From IMG/VR virus record IMGVR_UViG_3300020049_016021: 64,000 nucleotides of DNA; one strand, written 5' to 3'. The DNA is from a virus. Numbering within the stretch: the stretch's first letter is position 1; each line of letters starts with the position of its first letter. Below are positions 18,556-27,982 of the stretch, one piece after another. Under the pieces are notes generated by a model that was not told where the DNA came from, did not search any database, and saw nothing but the letters and a program-made list of their open reading frames with translations. The translations under genes and the position numbers were made by a program.

Positions 18556-19173
18556 GTGGGATTACAAGACGAATGCCAGATTTGTCATACAATAACCTGG
18601 CTTGGTTTTGTTCGTGATAAGTACGCTTGTTGTGAAAGCTGCTATTACAGAATAGAAAAACCAGAAAAGATAGTAACGAGAATATGTGCACGATGCTTTG
18701 AGACTAGAAACTTAAAGAAGACATGCAGTAATTGTTCTTCGGTGATTGAAGAATATGCTAACAATAGTTTACTTTGTGAAGACTGTAAAAATCTTGAAGT
18801 ATTTCGTCCTGCTAGCACAAAAGTGCAAAAATGCCTGGAATGCGGAATTCTGTCTCACCTTAACAATGAGGGTCTCTGCATGAATTGTTTTAACAGGTAC
18901 AACGTGCAACCACCAAAACGCTGCAAGTCTTGTGGAAAACCTGTCATACGGGGAGCCGCTTTTTGTGATGAATGTGTTAGCTTAGCTTCAAGACGTACAC
19001 AAAGAGTGTGCCACGGCTGTGGTCAAACACTGTCAACTGCGAGCCAATATGATTCATTCTGCCATAAATGTAAAATAAATTTAGAGCGAGGAGTTTGTAC
19101 AAATTGTTCTGAAAACACACTTGTTGCAGATAACCACGGTTGGTGCACAAAATGTCAAGTAGATAATGGATAA
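18556..19173 (+). CDS. Multi-zinc-ribbon protein (about 13 CxxC motifs)
   Basis: GTG start at 18556; the frame is open 30 codons further upstream with no start codon and includes another CxxC (CEWC). Confidence 0.55.
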   Translation: MGLQDECQICHTITWLGFVRDKYACCESCYYRIEKPEKIVTRICARCFETRNLKKTCSNCSSVIEEYANNSLLCEDCKNLEVFRPASTKVQKCLECGILSHLNNEGLCMNCFNRYNVQPPKRCKSCGKPVIRGAAFCDECVSLASRRTQRVCHGCGQTLSTASQYDSFCHKCKINLERGVCTNCSENTLVADNHGWCTKCQVDNG

Positions 19174-19183
19174 GAGAGATAAG

Positions 19184-20350
19184 ATGCAGGCTGAAGCTGT
19201 TCAGGCCTGAAAAGATGCAAATAACTGGGGAACCATATTAATTTATACGGGAGGCGGCAAAACTCGTTGTGGACTTATGGCTTTTGAAGCTTTAGGAACA
19301 CCACGAACATTGATAGTTACTTCTCGTAGACCAATATTGGACCAGTGAAAAAATGTTGTTGTTGGGCCCGATGTCACATACATGTGCTTAAAGAGTGCTT
19401 ATCTCCATGAAGGTGAGTATGATTTAGTTATAGTAGATGAGGTGCATCGGGCTCTTTCAAAAGAGTACAGAAGATTGTTCACAAATATAAAGACAAGGGC
19501 TCTTTTGTGTTTAACCGCCACACTACCAGAAGACCCAGAATACGTGAACTTTCTGGAGAAGATTGCCCCAACTGTATACGAAAAAGAGTTATCTGGTGCT
19601 ATTGACGAAGGTCTTGCTCCAAAGGCTCAAATATACAATCTAGCTGTTCCCCTTAGTAAAGAGGTTGCTGGAAAGTATAAAGTTTTTGATAGTAAATTTA
19701 CTCAGAGCATAATAAAACTTACTCGATTTAGGAGTGAGCAACTCCATCTTAGAGAGTACCCATCTATATTTGAATTAGCCAGGGCAGCCCAACACCGAAA
19801 CTTTGAAAAAGAGGTGCAAATGGCCTGTAATGCTTACTGGGCAAGTATGACTATGCGCAAGCAAGTCTTGTACGAAAATCCTGCAAAAATAGGCGCGGTA
19901 ATTTCAATATTGGAGAAATATCCCCCGAGTGCAAAGTGGATCATTTTCACAAAAACAACTGCCTTTGCGGAGAAGATAGCTGCACAAGTACCAAACAGTG
20001 TTGTGTACCATTCAAAGCAAAAAACATCCCAAAGAGAACAAGTTTTAAAGGCTTTTAGTGCTGGGGATAAAACAAGATTAATTGCTGTTGACGCTTTAAA
20101 TGAAGGCTTAGATGTGCCAAGAGTATTTGGCGGAATCTGTGCTTCAGGAGTATCAACGTTATTAACAAATCGTCAACAGCTAGGCAGGATTATTCGCCCT
20201 GAAGAAGGTAAAACGCCTATATTTTTTAATTTGTACACGATCGGAACTGTGGAGAAGACTTGGATAGAGAAAAAATTCATCAATTCTAAATTAACACCAA
20301 TATGGCTAAACCATTTGGCCGAGGTGCAAACCGGCTTACGCAGTATATAA
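19184..20350 (+). CDS. SF2 DEAH-box helicase; two in-frame TGA read as sense
   Basis: ATG 19184; motif I IYTGGGKT, motif II LVIVDEVH, motif III LTATLP, motif VI QQLGRIIR; in-frame TGA at 19208 and 19346; the track only shows the C-terminal 322 aa. Confidence 0.8.
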
Positions 20351-21471
20351 GGATGAGGGGAGCATTGCTTCCGAGCCAACTCGACGAACACCGAGTAGGT
20401 CAGGCTTGTGAAGAGCAATGTGTTTTTTGTTTAAATCAGCATACTTATATTCCTTTATTTCATTACCCTTTAGGTGGTGGTGAAACACCAGAACGTGTTC
20501 CAGGAGTATTTATCTGTGATGATTGTGATAATAAAATCGAAGCAAAACTAAGAAGTGGCACAAATACGAAAACCATAGGTCTGTTTAATGACATACAAAC
20601 ATTTGTGTCGCAGGGGGTTTTCCCTGACCACACTTATGAGCATTATCAACACCTAAATGAGGAGATTGAGCCAAACGCAAAGGAAAAAAAATTAGCTTGT
20701 ATTTTCTGTAAGGTGCAACAACGTATAAATGTATCTGATCCTTACACGAAGGAGTTTTGTCACGAGATAGATACTCCTATGGGAGCCACTCAAAATTGGC
20801 TTGATGGTGGTAAGGTGCTTATATGCTTGTCTTGTGTAAAACTCATTGAGGATGAATTGAAGCAATTCAGAGTAGGAACTATCGAGGACTACGTAGAAAC
20901 ATTTACAGAAGTAGCTATTTGTCCTGTTTGCGATGGAAACTATTTGATTACAAACTTTGAAGACGAAGTTAGGACGCAAAATGGTACCTTATTTAAGCAT
21001 ATGTGTGGAGCTTGCACGTATGATCTGTTAACAAGTGATTCACGAAAACTCCATTATGCTGGACACGATATGCGCCAACTATATAAGGCGCGTACTGATA
21101 ATTTTGAAGCTAATACAGCGGTTATTCGTCATAAGGAAGAGATATGTGAATCTTGTGGACAGTACATTCTTATTGATCTTACATTGATTCCAGAATATGT
21201 AGTGGCACAGTATTTCGACACGGACAGTAATTACATTTGTGAATGCTGTTCAAAATATGGTGGGGGATATCCACCGTTAGTTATGAAACTCGAGGCACAC
21301 ACCCTACGCTTTTATAAGGACGATACTGGAAAATTTACCCTGGTATATTGGTCAACTGGGGACTCAAAGGTTCTTTCTGTAAGAGAAAACGTGTCGCCAG
21401 AAATAGCCAAGCAAGAACTTTTTGCTCTTTTACCTTCAACCAGTTTAATTGATGGGAACCTTGATGTATAA
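20302..21471 (+). CDS. Multi-zinc-ribbon protein (8 CxxC motifs)
   Basis: 389-aa ORF with paired CxxC motifs. Confidence 0.5.
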   Translation: MAKPFGRGANRLTQYIRMRGALLPSQLDEHRVGQACEEQCVFCLNQHTYIPLFHYPLGGGETPERVPGVFICDDCDNKIEAKLRSGTNTKTIGLFNDIQTFVSQGVFPDHTYEHYQHLNEEIEPNAKEKKLACIFCKVQQRINVSDPYTKEFCHEIDTPMGATQNWLDGGKVLICLSCVKLIEDELKQFRVGTIEDYVETFTEVAICPVCDGNYLITNFEDEVRTQNGTLFKHMCGACTYDLLTSDSRKLHYAGHDMRQLYKARTDNFEANTAVIRHKEEICESCGQYILIDLTLIPEYVVAQYFDTDSNYICECCSKYGGGYPPLVMKLEAHTLRFYKDDTGKFTLVYWSTGDSKVLSVRENVSPEIAKQELFALLPSTSLIDGNLDV

Positions 21472-21673
21472 AGGGATACACTCTTCTGGAAATTTTGATT
21501 TAAAGTTGCATATATTTGAGTCTAGTGGGAAAGAGATTCACTTATATTATATCATATTACAGAACGATCGTGTGCTGGAGCGCCAAAAATTAGTGGTAAC
21601 CCATAACATGCACACTACTTTACTCGACGTCATAAGAAAATTTCATAGCTATGCCGACGGACAAATCTCATAG
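21449..21673 (+). CDS. Small hypothetical protein
   Basis: 74-aa ORF. Confidence 0.3.
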   Translation: MMGTLMYKGIHSSGNFDLKLHIFESSGKEIHLYYIILQNDRVLERQKLVVTHNMHTTLLDVIRKFHSYADGQIS

Positions 21674-21899
21674 ATTTTTAGCCCAGATAGAGCTAACAAA
21701 GGCGCATGGTGAAGTATATGCGAAATTGTCTCTGTATAAAACCAGGACTAGGGCCGCAGACGGGCTACAGCGTTACGGAGCAAAACTCTCTTTACGGAAT
21801 AAAAATAATTCGTATTATCATAGTAAAACCTTTGGGCCTATGTTATCTTTGTTTGATCTAATCGAAAAAGCCCTTGCATATGCTGAAGACAAACAATAA
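21651..21899 (+). CDS. Small hypothetical protein
   Basis: 82-aa ORF. Confidence 0.3.
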   Translation: MPTDKSHRFLAQIELTKAHGEVYAKLSLYKTRTRAADGLQRYGAKLSLRNKNNSYYHSKTFGPMLSLFDLIEKALAYAEDKQ

Positions 21900-22182
21900 A
21901 ATTCCCAATGAATACTTTCGGATGGTCATGCACTATAGAAACGCCTATGGAAAGATTGGCGGATTAGTAGAGATAGAAGAAGAGGAGGAATTATTTCGTG
22001 CTTCAATTACCTTATATTACTTTGCTGGTGAAACAATAGCTTTTGAAGGTCAGCGTTCCTATGACTACCACGTACTTCTAAAATCAAGTATAAGGGCGCT
22101 GTACAGATTATTTCAAGAACAAGATTGTGAAGCTATCTTTATGTGTAGCAGCTCTAGTGGAACATACCCTACTACAGAATAA
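21874..22182 (+). CDS. Small hypothetical protein
   Basis: 102-aa ORF; TAATG overlap downstream. Confidence 0.35.
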   Translation: MHMLKTNNKIPNEYFRMVMHYRNAYGKIGGLVEIEEEEELFRASITLYYFAGETIAFEGQRSYDYHVLLKSSIRALYRLFQEQDCEAIFMCSSSSGTYPTTE

Positions 22183-22697
22183 TGGAAAAACGAATATTCT
22201 CCGGCACACTAAAAACAAAAGACCTGCAAACAACCTTTTGGGCAGACTCTTATAGCGTTATTTTCTCTATTCGTTACACTCAAAAGGGGCGGTCACATCT
22301 ACTATTGCATTCCTTTCCTTATTTATCTTATTTTCAATGTATTTGGGATGCAACCCAATTAATGGAGCGGATACAGGAATACTTTGATAGCACAGAAATG
22401 TCCTTAGAAGTCAATGAGGAATATGCAGACACAAAGCAGATACACTACTCAAAACATATTTTAAATTATGTCTCAATTACCCTTAACGCTGCCTATATAC
22501 AGGCAATTGAAAGAAGACAGGATCTCGGTCGAATCATACCTCGTGCTGTGGTACCTAAGCACGGGAGAGTTAACACAACCGAGTATCGAAGAAAACTTGA
22601 TAATAGAAAATCTAATCTCCCAAAAACTTTGCACAGAAACACACTTGTTGGATGCTGGTCACGTTTTTCTCTCACGCTACTTAACCCTCCTGCCTAA
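22182..22697 (+). CDS. Hypothetical protein (C-terminal 60 aa are Arg-rich and may be out of frame)
   Basis: 171-aa ORF overlapping the next gene by 230 nt in another frame. Confidence 0.35.
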   Translation: MEKRIFSGTLKTKDLQTTFWADSYSVIFSIRYTQKGRSHLLLHSFPYLSYFQCIWDATQLMERIQEYFDSTEMSLEVNEEYADTKQIHYSKHILNYVSITLNAAYIQAIERRQDLGRIIPRAVVPKHGRVNTTEYRRKLDNRKSNLPKTLHRNTLVGCWSRFSLTLLNPPA

Positions 22698-23025
22698 CGA
22701 AGCCACAGCTACTTACACAGAAGATTTTGAGTTGTTCTGGAAAACCTTCCCAGCGTCCGATAAGTGAGATCGATTTGGAGAAACAAGAAAATTAAGGCAG
22801 AACAAAAAGGAAACCTATGCGCAATATTTGTTAGCATTAAATAGTCTGTCTGCTCCTGAACTACAGGAAGCTCTTGAAATAGAGATAAAAAATAAGAAAG
22901 AGTCTCCATCTCTTTCCAACCCTTTTAAATACATGAAAGCTTCAGTCAATTGGTTAAGAGATAAGGAATATGAAAACATAGTTTTTCCTGTATATACTTT
23001 AGAAGAAGATAATGGATTGTTATAA
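22468..23025 (+). CDS. Hypothetical protein (possible replisome-organizer-like); one in-frame TGA
   Basis: Track ORFs 22468..22767 and 22828..23025 are in the same frame joined across TGA 22765 with no other stop; TAATG overlap with the DnaB-like gene. Confidence 0.4.
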
Positions 23026-24023
23026 TGGAATATAGACACATTAGTTATGGAGTTAACTCAACCTTAGAATACATAAAGAAGAGACAGAGTGGCGAGATAA
23101 AATCCTTGAAGACTTCATTTTCTAAACTGAACTCTGTGCTTATGGGAGGCATTGACTGAGGAAGAATATTTACGATTGTGGGGCAGTCGGGCTCTGGAAA
23201 ATCTACAATCCTTGAGCAACTAAAGAAAGATTTTATTGATCTTAATAAACCTGATTTTGAGATTCTTTCCTTTGAATTTGAGATGCTAATTGAAGATCAG
23301 CTAGCTCGTTATGTGTCTTCTTTAGGAAAGTACACTATAAAGGAATTGTATTCTGCGGCTAGCCCATTGTCTAAAGAAGCATTTGATGAGGTAGAAAAAG
23401 CGTTAGAGAAGCGAAATTCTGTTCCAGTTTATTACGTTGACAATCCTGGCACACCATCCCAAATACAGGAAACTATTCTAACCTTTATATCAGAGAGGCA
23501 GTTGCTCTCAAAGAATCTAGGATTAGTAATCACAATTGACCACATACTTTTGACAAAAGGTAGAACAGGTGACAACGAGAAAGAGATTGTAGATGCTTTG
23601 ATGGATGTCTTGAATGATATAAAAAAATATTGTGCTCATATAGGCCTACGTTGCCTCATTATTAGTTTGGGCCAATTAAACAGGGATATCGAACGGGTTG
23701 AACGTGTAGAAAATCCGTTATACCATTTCCCAAATAGAAATGACATATTTGCTGCTTCGTCTGTTTACCATACGTCAGACTATGTTTTAGTGTCCCATAG
23801 ACCTATAACAGTAAATGGTATGAAGCGAACCATAAATGGTGTAGAAAAAGGTTACGGGCCCCCAAGAACTCAGTTTCCAAATGGCTGACCATTAGTATAC
23901 CCAAAGGAGCCTAGTAGACACATGGTCTATTGGCACCTCATAAAAGAAAGATTCGGAAAGCCTGGGGTAATTGCTTTGGCTGAGAATTTTGCACACTATA
24001 AACTAGAAGAAGTAGATTTATAA
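23025..24023 (+). CDS. DnaB-like replicative helicase (RecA-fold ATPase domain); two in-frame TGA
   Basis: LNSVLMGGID-W-GRIFTIVGQSGSGKST (H1/Walker A), LVITIDHILL, SLGQLNRDIERVE (DnaB H4 SQLNR); C-terminal KERFGKPGVIALAENFAHYKL after TGA 23886 resembles the DnaB C-terminus; TGA at 23157 and 23886; TAA 24021-23. Confidence 0.8.
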
Positions 24024-24025
24024 TT

Positions 24026-24991
24026 ATGAACTTAGTACAAATAACAGGACTACCTGCAACAGGTAAAACTACAGGAGCACGTTTCTTAGACCCGAAGAGC
24101 ACTTACTACATTGATGCGGATGGAAAAGGTCTCTCTTGGAAAGGATGAAAGAACGCTTATAATGCGGAAAATAAAAACTACGCGAAGACGGCCGATCCCA
24201 CAACAATATATAAAGTGGTAAAGGCTGTTAGTGAGACACGCCAAGATATCAACTGTATTGTTATAGACACTATAAATGCTATGATGACAACAGAAGAGAT
24301 GGCTATCCTAGAATCTCCTTCAAGAGATAAGTGGGCGGATCAATAGGTTAGGTCCGGTACCTGTCTAATTGCTGGAATATCCTTAGAGTTTATTATACTA
24401 CAAAGTAGCTTTGAAATAAAGGCAAGCTTGATAAGTTAAAAAATAATAGAATTGGACAATCAGCAGCGAAGCCCCGAACAGGGGAACGTTCAGAGATCAT
24501 CCCTCCGAAGGGGAGTAGGGCGACTTTTAAAGCCCGAAATGGCAGGACTTTGCAATTGTGTTTACACACTAAAAGATACTAGTATAAGCGCAGAATCTTA
24601 GCAAAGAAGATATGATCCACGCCCCATAGAAATATGGGGAATAGTGCTAGCTGTAGAAGTATGAAATCTATATAAGTTAATACGTGAAATTAAGCGTGAT
24701 GATTTTGTAGTATTCGTATTAGCGCATTGCGAGGCCTATGACGTAAATGGTATTACCCATTATCGTACTATGGTCAATGGAAAGAAGCTTTCAAAGATTA
24801 ACTTGAATGCCTTTCTATCTTATAATTTATACACAAAGATAAGTGCTGGAGCTGATGGTAATTTCAACTATGAGTTGATAACCAAAAGTGATGGTACCAA
24901 TGAAGCTCGTTCAGTTATGGACGTGTTTCCAAGCAAAATTGAAAATAATCTAGAGAATGTTCGAACCGCTGTAATTGCAGCAGAAAATTAA
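24026..24991 (+). CDS. Sak4-like (AAA_24) recombination ATPase, split by a group I intron: exon 1 24026..24340, exon 2 24647..24991; in-frame TGA at 24146 and 24662
   Basis: Walker A GLPATGKT, YIDADGKG, CIVIDTINAMM in exon 1; VVFVLAHCEAYDVNG...NLNAFLSYNLYTKISAGADGNF in exon 2; both exons in the same frame class; intron length 306 (multiple of 3). Confidence 0.7.
24341..24646 (+). ncRNA. Group I self-splicing intron (IA-type core; no homing endonuclease ORF)
   Basis: Conserved elements Q-like CAATCAGCAGCG (24457), R GTTCAGAGATCATCC (24488), S AAGATATGATCC (24607) with P7 GATCA/TGATC; P5 hairpin CCCCGAACAGGGG; P9 hairpin CCCCATA-GAAA-TATGGGG; proposed P1: exon CGGAU(24336-40) with IGS GUCCG(24357-61), U-G at the splice site; P10: exon-2 CUA with IGS UAG; intron ends with G 24646. 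Confidence 0.7.
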
Positions 24992-24996
24992 ACGAA

Positions 24997-25587
24997 ATGA
25001 GTTTACAAGCAAAACTATTTTTGAACAGTGACAACGGCACAGGTGGCACAAAGATTCCAGTAGGAATTCACGAAGGAACCGTAGTTTTCAGTGGCCTTGT
25101 CACAGATCAAACTTGGACAGATATCCTGTTCTCCGAGCCAACCACTGGGAGAGCAATCCACAAAAGGCTGTTCATGCCTACTGGTAGTAAGCCGAAGGAT
25201 GGCGAAACTATTCAGGACGCATATAACAGGGAGCAAAAACGTAACCTAGGTCAAATCACTGATTTGATGCTAGTATTTCTCGGACCAGAGATCGTCGAGA
25301 CCTTCGAGGCTACAGATTATAAGGAGTTTGTTGCGAAAGCAGCTCTTCTTTTAGGTGCACATAAAAATGTACCTGTTAATCTGAAAGTAATTCCAGACTA
25401 TAAGGAGAAAATGTATCCCGAGTTGCCTTACTCAAGGTATGTAGAGCGGCACAACCCAGGGAGTGAAACAGGCCTAAAGTTATCAAAGGATGATAATGCG
25501 GCAATCTCCGAAATGGAAATGAAGCGTGCTGCCAAGTCGAACGCCGCAGGCAGTGCCTCTTCAGAGGACTTAGAGTCATTGGTCTAA
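24997..25587 (+). CDS. Hypothetical protein (possibly SSB-like; acidic C-terminal tail)
   Basis: 196-aa ORF next to the Sak4-like gene; C-terminus ...SSEDLESLV. Confidence 0.4.
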   Translation: MSLQAKLFLNSDNGTGGTKIPVGIHEGTVVFSGLVTDQTWTDILFSEPTTGRAIHKRLFMPTGSKPKDGETIQDAYNREQKRNLGQITDLMLVFLGPEIVETFEATDYKEFVAKAALLLGAHKNVPVNLKVIPDYKEKMYPELPYSRYVERHNPGSETGLKLSKDDNAAISEMEMKRAAKSNAAGSASSEDLESLV

Positions 25588-25660
25588 GTAGCTCACTAAT
25601 CACAATTACCACCGTTAGGCGTGGTTGGGTAGAAATGAGGTTTTTACAGAGCTAAAATCT

Positions 25661-25697
25661 AGGGGTAGTAGGCTACAATCTGCTACCCCTTTTTTTA
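25661..25697 (+). terminator. Rho-independent terminator
   Basis: Stem GGGGTAG.../...CTACCCC followed by TTTTTTT. Confidence 0.5.
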
Positions 25698-25705
25698 TTT
25701 ATCTT

Positions 25706-26008
25706 ATGTTAACACTAGAATACTATTTCAAGCATCTTGCCAAATTGCAGGCAGTACTTGCTTCTTCACCTGATCTCCTAGAAGAGGTTATGGTTGCTGA
25801 ATTTTCAGCTGATTTTATCAACGAAAAAAATGAGCGGTGTTACGTAAGTCGTCAACACGTAGCTTTCAATAAAACCTTTAGGCTCGATGCACATAGTCAG
25901 ATTGAATGCTATTTAATCGAAGTTTACAAGGCGAAAACAATCACAAAAGTCACAATTCATAGAGATGCTAAAGGCAAAGGAACACACGAACATACTTCAA
26001 AGGATTAG
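25706..26008 (+). CDS. Small hypothetical protein (start moved downstream of the terminator)
   Basis: ATG 25706 in frame with track ORF 25625..26008, whose N-terminus would span the terminator. Confidence 0.4.
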   Translation: MLTLEYYFKHLAKLQAVLASSPDLLEEVMVAEFSADFINEKNERCYVSRQHVAFNKTFRLDAHSQIECYLIEVYKAKTITKVTIHRDAKGKGTHEHTSKD

Positions 26009-26918
26009 TGTCCTAGGTGCTTTTGGGTATTATTTGAATTCAGAAATAGTCTTTGGTCGACATTATAAGAATCCGCTAAGAGGAGACAAGAATCCAACAT
26101 GTTCATTTTGAATTGGAAATTCAAATACTCCGCTATTTGTAGACTTTGGCACTGGAAAAAAATATACGCTAATTGATTTTGTTAAAGAAAAATTTGGACT
26201 ATCTTATTCCGAAGCAATTGCCAAGATTGAAAAGGATGCCCATTTGTTCCAAGATCAAGAGGTCGAAGATAAACCCGAGAAACCTGTATTCTCCTTTATT
26301 CCTGGGGATATTGAGGATGGTATGCACTATTGGAAAAGGTACAGAATACCAAAAACAATAGTAGCAAAATACTGCTTTATAGTAAAGAGTCTCTATAAAA
26401 ATGAATCGTTTGTAGGACGTAGCAGTAAACAAAATCCTCTCTTTGCCTATAAGTTCATTTCTGGTAGAATAAAACTTTACCGACCACTCAGCCCTGATAA
26501 GCAAAAGAAATGAGGTGGAAATGCCACAGCGGAAGATATTGGAGGATTGTACCAATTACCTCAGAGAGGACAACTACTGTTTATCACATCTTCTATAAAG
26601 GATATAATGGTCTTAAAGCAGCATGGTTTTAATGCTGTGGCCCTAAACGGGGAAGGGTATGGTCTTAGTTCTGATTCCTACGAAACCATTGCTCCGTACA
26701 TAACGGGTCTAAGAAAACGGTTCAAAAAGATCGTTATCTTCCTAGACGGAGACGCGGCCGGAGTGACGTTTGCAAATAAATTATCGCTTCGTCTGAAGCT
26801 TCCAAACATACACTTAGATCCAGTGTTTAAGGATATTTCGGATTACCAAAAACACTTTGGAGTTGTCCAAACAAACAGAAAAATAAAAAAACTATTATCC
26901 AAATGCTTAAGAACTTAA
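25965..26918 (+). CDS. DnaG-type DNA primase (zinc-binding region plus TOPRIM domain); two in-frame TGA
   Basis: ATG 25965; HYKNPLRGDKNPTCSF-W-IGNS, GTGKKYTLIDFVKEKFGLSYSEAIAKI, TOPRIM LLFITSSIKD...IVIFLDGDAAG; TGA at 26109 and 26514; the track splits it into 26244..26513 and 26547..26918. Confidence 0.75.
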
Positions 26919-27280
26919 GTAGACTTGAAAAATTGAACCTGGTAATTATTACCCTCTGCGTAGGTCTGTCTATCGGAGTGGCCGCACTAGTACCTGAAAT
27001 AGCGAAAACAACCAAAGCCATCGAAGAATTGCAAGAAGTGGTTAGAAGCAGTCCAAAATCATATCGAATAGATATTGTAGAATTTGCGAAGGACTCAATT
27101 AGTATGAGTTTTTCAAACCATATTGAGACAGTGAACTTAGAAGAAGCGAAGAAACACTTTAAAACACAGTGCTTTACAACCTGTGATGAGATGGATTGCC
27201 CGGACAGTACCATCATAATGTTAATTGAAGAGACCCCTTATTCACAACGAATCATAGTAGATTCGATACTTTACCAATAA
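26903..27280 (+). CDS. Hypothetical membrane protein
   Basis: 125-aa ORF with N-terminal TM. Confidence 0.45.
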   Translation: MLKNLSRLEKLNLVIITLCVGLSIGVAALVPEIAKTTKAIEELQEVVRSSPKSYRIDIVEFAKDSISMSFSNHIETVNLEEAKKHFKTQCFTTCDEMDCPDSTIIMLIEETPYSQRIIVDSILYQ

Positions 27281-27982
27281 ATGACAAAGCACGACAATCT
27301 CTCCAATTTTGTTGGGGAGTCTTGGTTAACACCTTTAAGTGGGGCTTTCGATTACTTCAAGGAGAAAATCATCCCTTATCTAAAGGCCGAAAAGGAAAGG
27401 CTGGAAATACGTAACCTGGAATCACCGGAGAGCAAAAAACAGACTATATATCCTTCTACTCTATCAAACGTTTTCAGGGCTTTCAAAGAGACCCCATACA
27501 ATACCGTTAGAGTAGTTATTATTGGCCAAGATCCTTACCACGATGGTTCCGCTACAGGAATAGCTTTCGACAATTCAAAAACGAAACGTCCCTCCCCATC
27601 TCTTAGGAATATTCTGAAGGAGATAGTGAAGGATTGCGGGGAAACCCAGGCTACAGAGAATGTGTTGAGTTATTTGGAGCACCTTCCTTCACAGGGGGTG
27701 CTCCTTTTAAACACAGCATTAACTGTTGTAAGCAAGGAACCCTTGAGTCATGTGCCTATATGGGCTCCCTTTACCGAGGAAGTCATAAAGGTACTAAATA
27801 AGCGTGACCAGATCGTATGGGTACTTTGGGGGACAAAAGCTCACGCCTTTGAACCAAAGATAAATCCACGCCATGTCATAGTGAAGGGAGCCCACCCATC
27901 TCCTTTCTCTTACCATCTATTCAAGGACAAGAGGTTTTTTGAAATAATTAATTCAAGTTTAAAAAATAAAATACGATGGTAA
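27281..27982 (+). CDS. ung: Uracil-DNA glycosylase (family 1 UNG)
   Basis: Motifs VVIIGQDPYH, LLLNTALTV, VWVLWGTKAH, GAHPSPFS. Confidence 0.85.
   Translation: MTKHDNLSNFVGESWLTPLSGAFDYFKEKIIPYLKAEKERLEIRNLESPESKKQTIYPSTLSNVFRAFKETPYNTVRVVIIGQDPYHDGSATGIAFDNSKTKRPSPSLRNILKEIVKDCGETQATENVLSYLEHLPSQGVLLLNTALTVVSKEPLSHVPIWAPFTEEVIKVLNKRDQIVWVLWGTKAHAFEPKINPRHVIVKGAHPSPFSYHLFKDKRFFEIINSSLKNKIRW

Noticed and set aside
24344-24346. In-frame TAG in the Sak4 gene as evidence of TAG->Gln recoding
   Set aside because: The TAG lies inside the group I intron. No other gene requires TAG read-through, and TAG is used as a normal stop throughout.
26173-26361. Track ORF 26173..26361 as a separate gene
   Set aside because: It is an alternative frame inside the primase gene. 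The primase frame (25965..26918) carries the zinc-binding and TOPRIM motifs.
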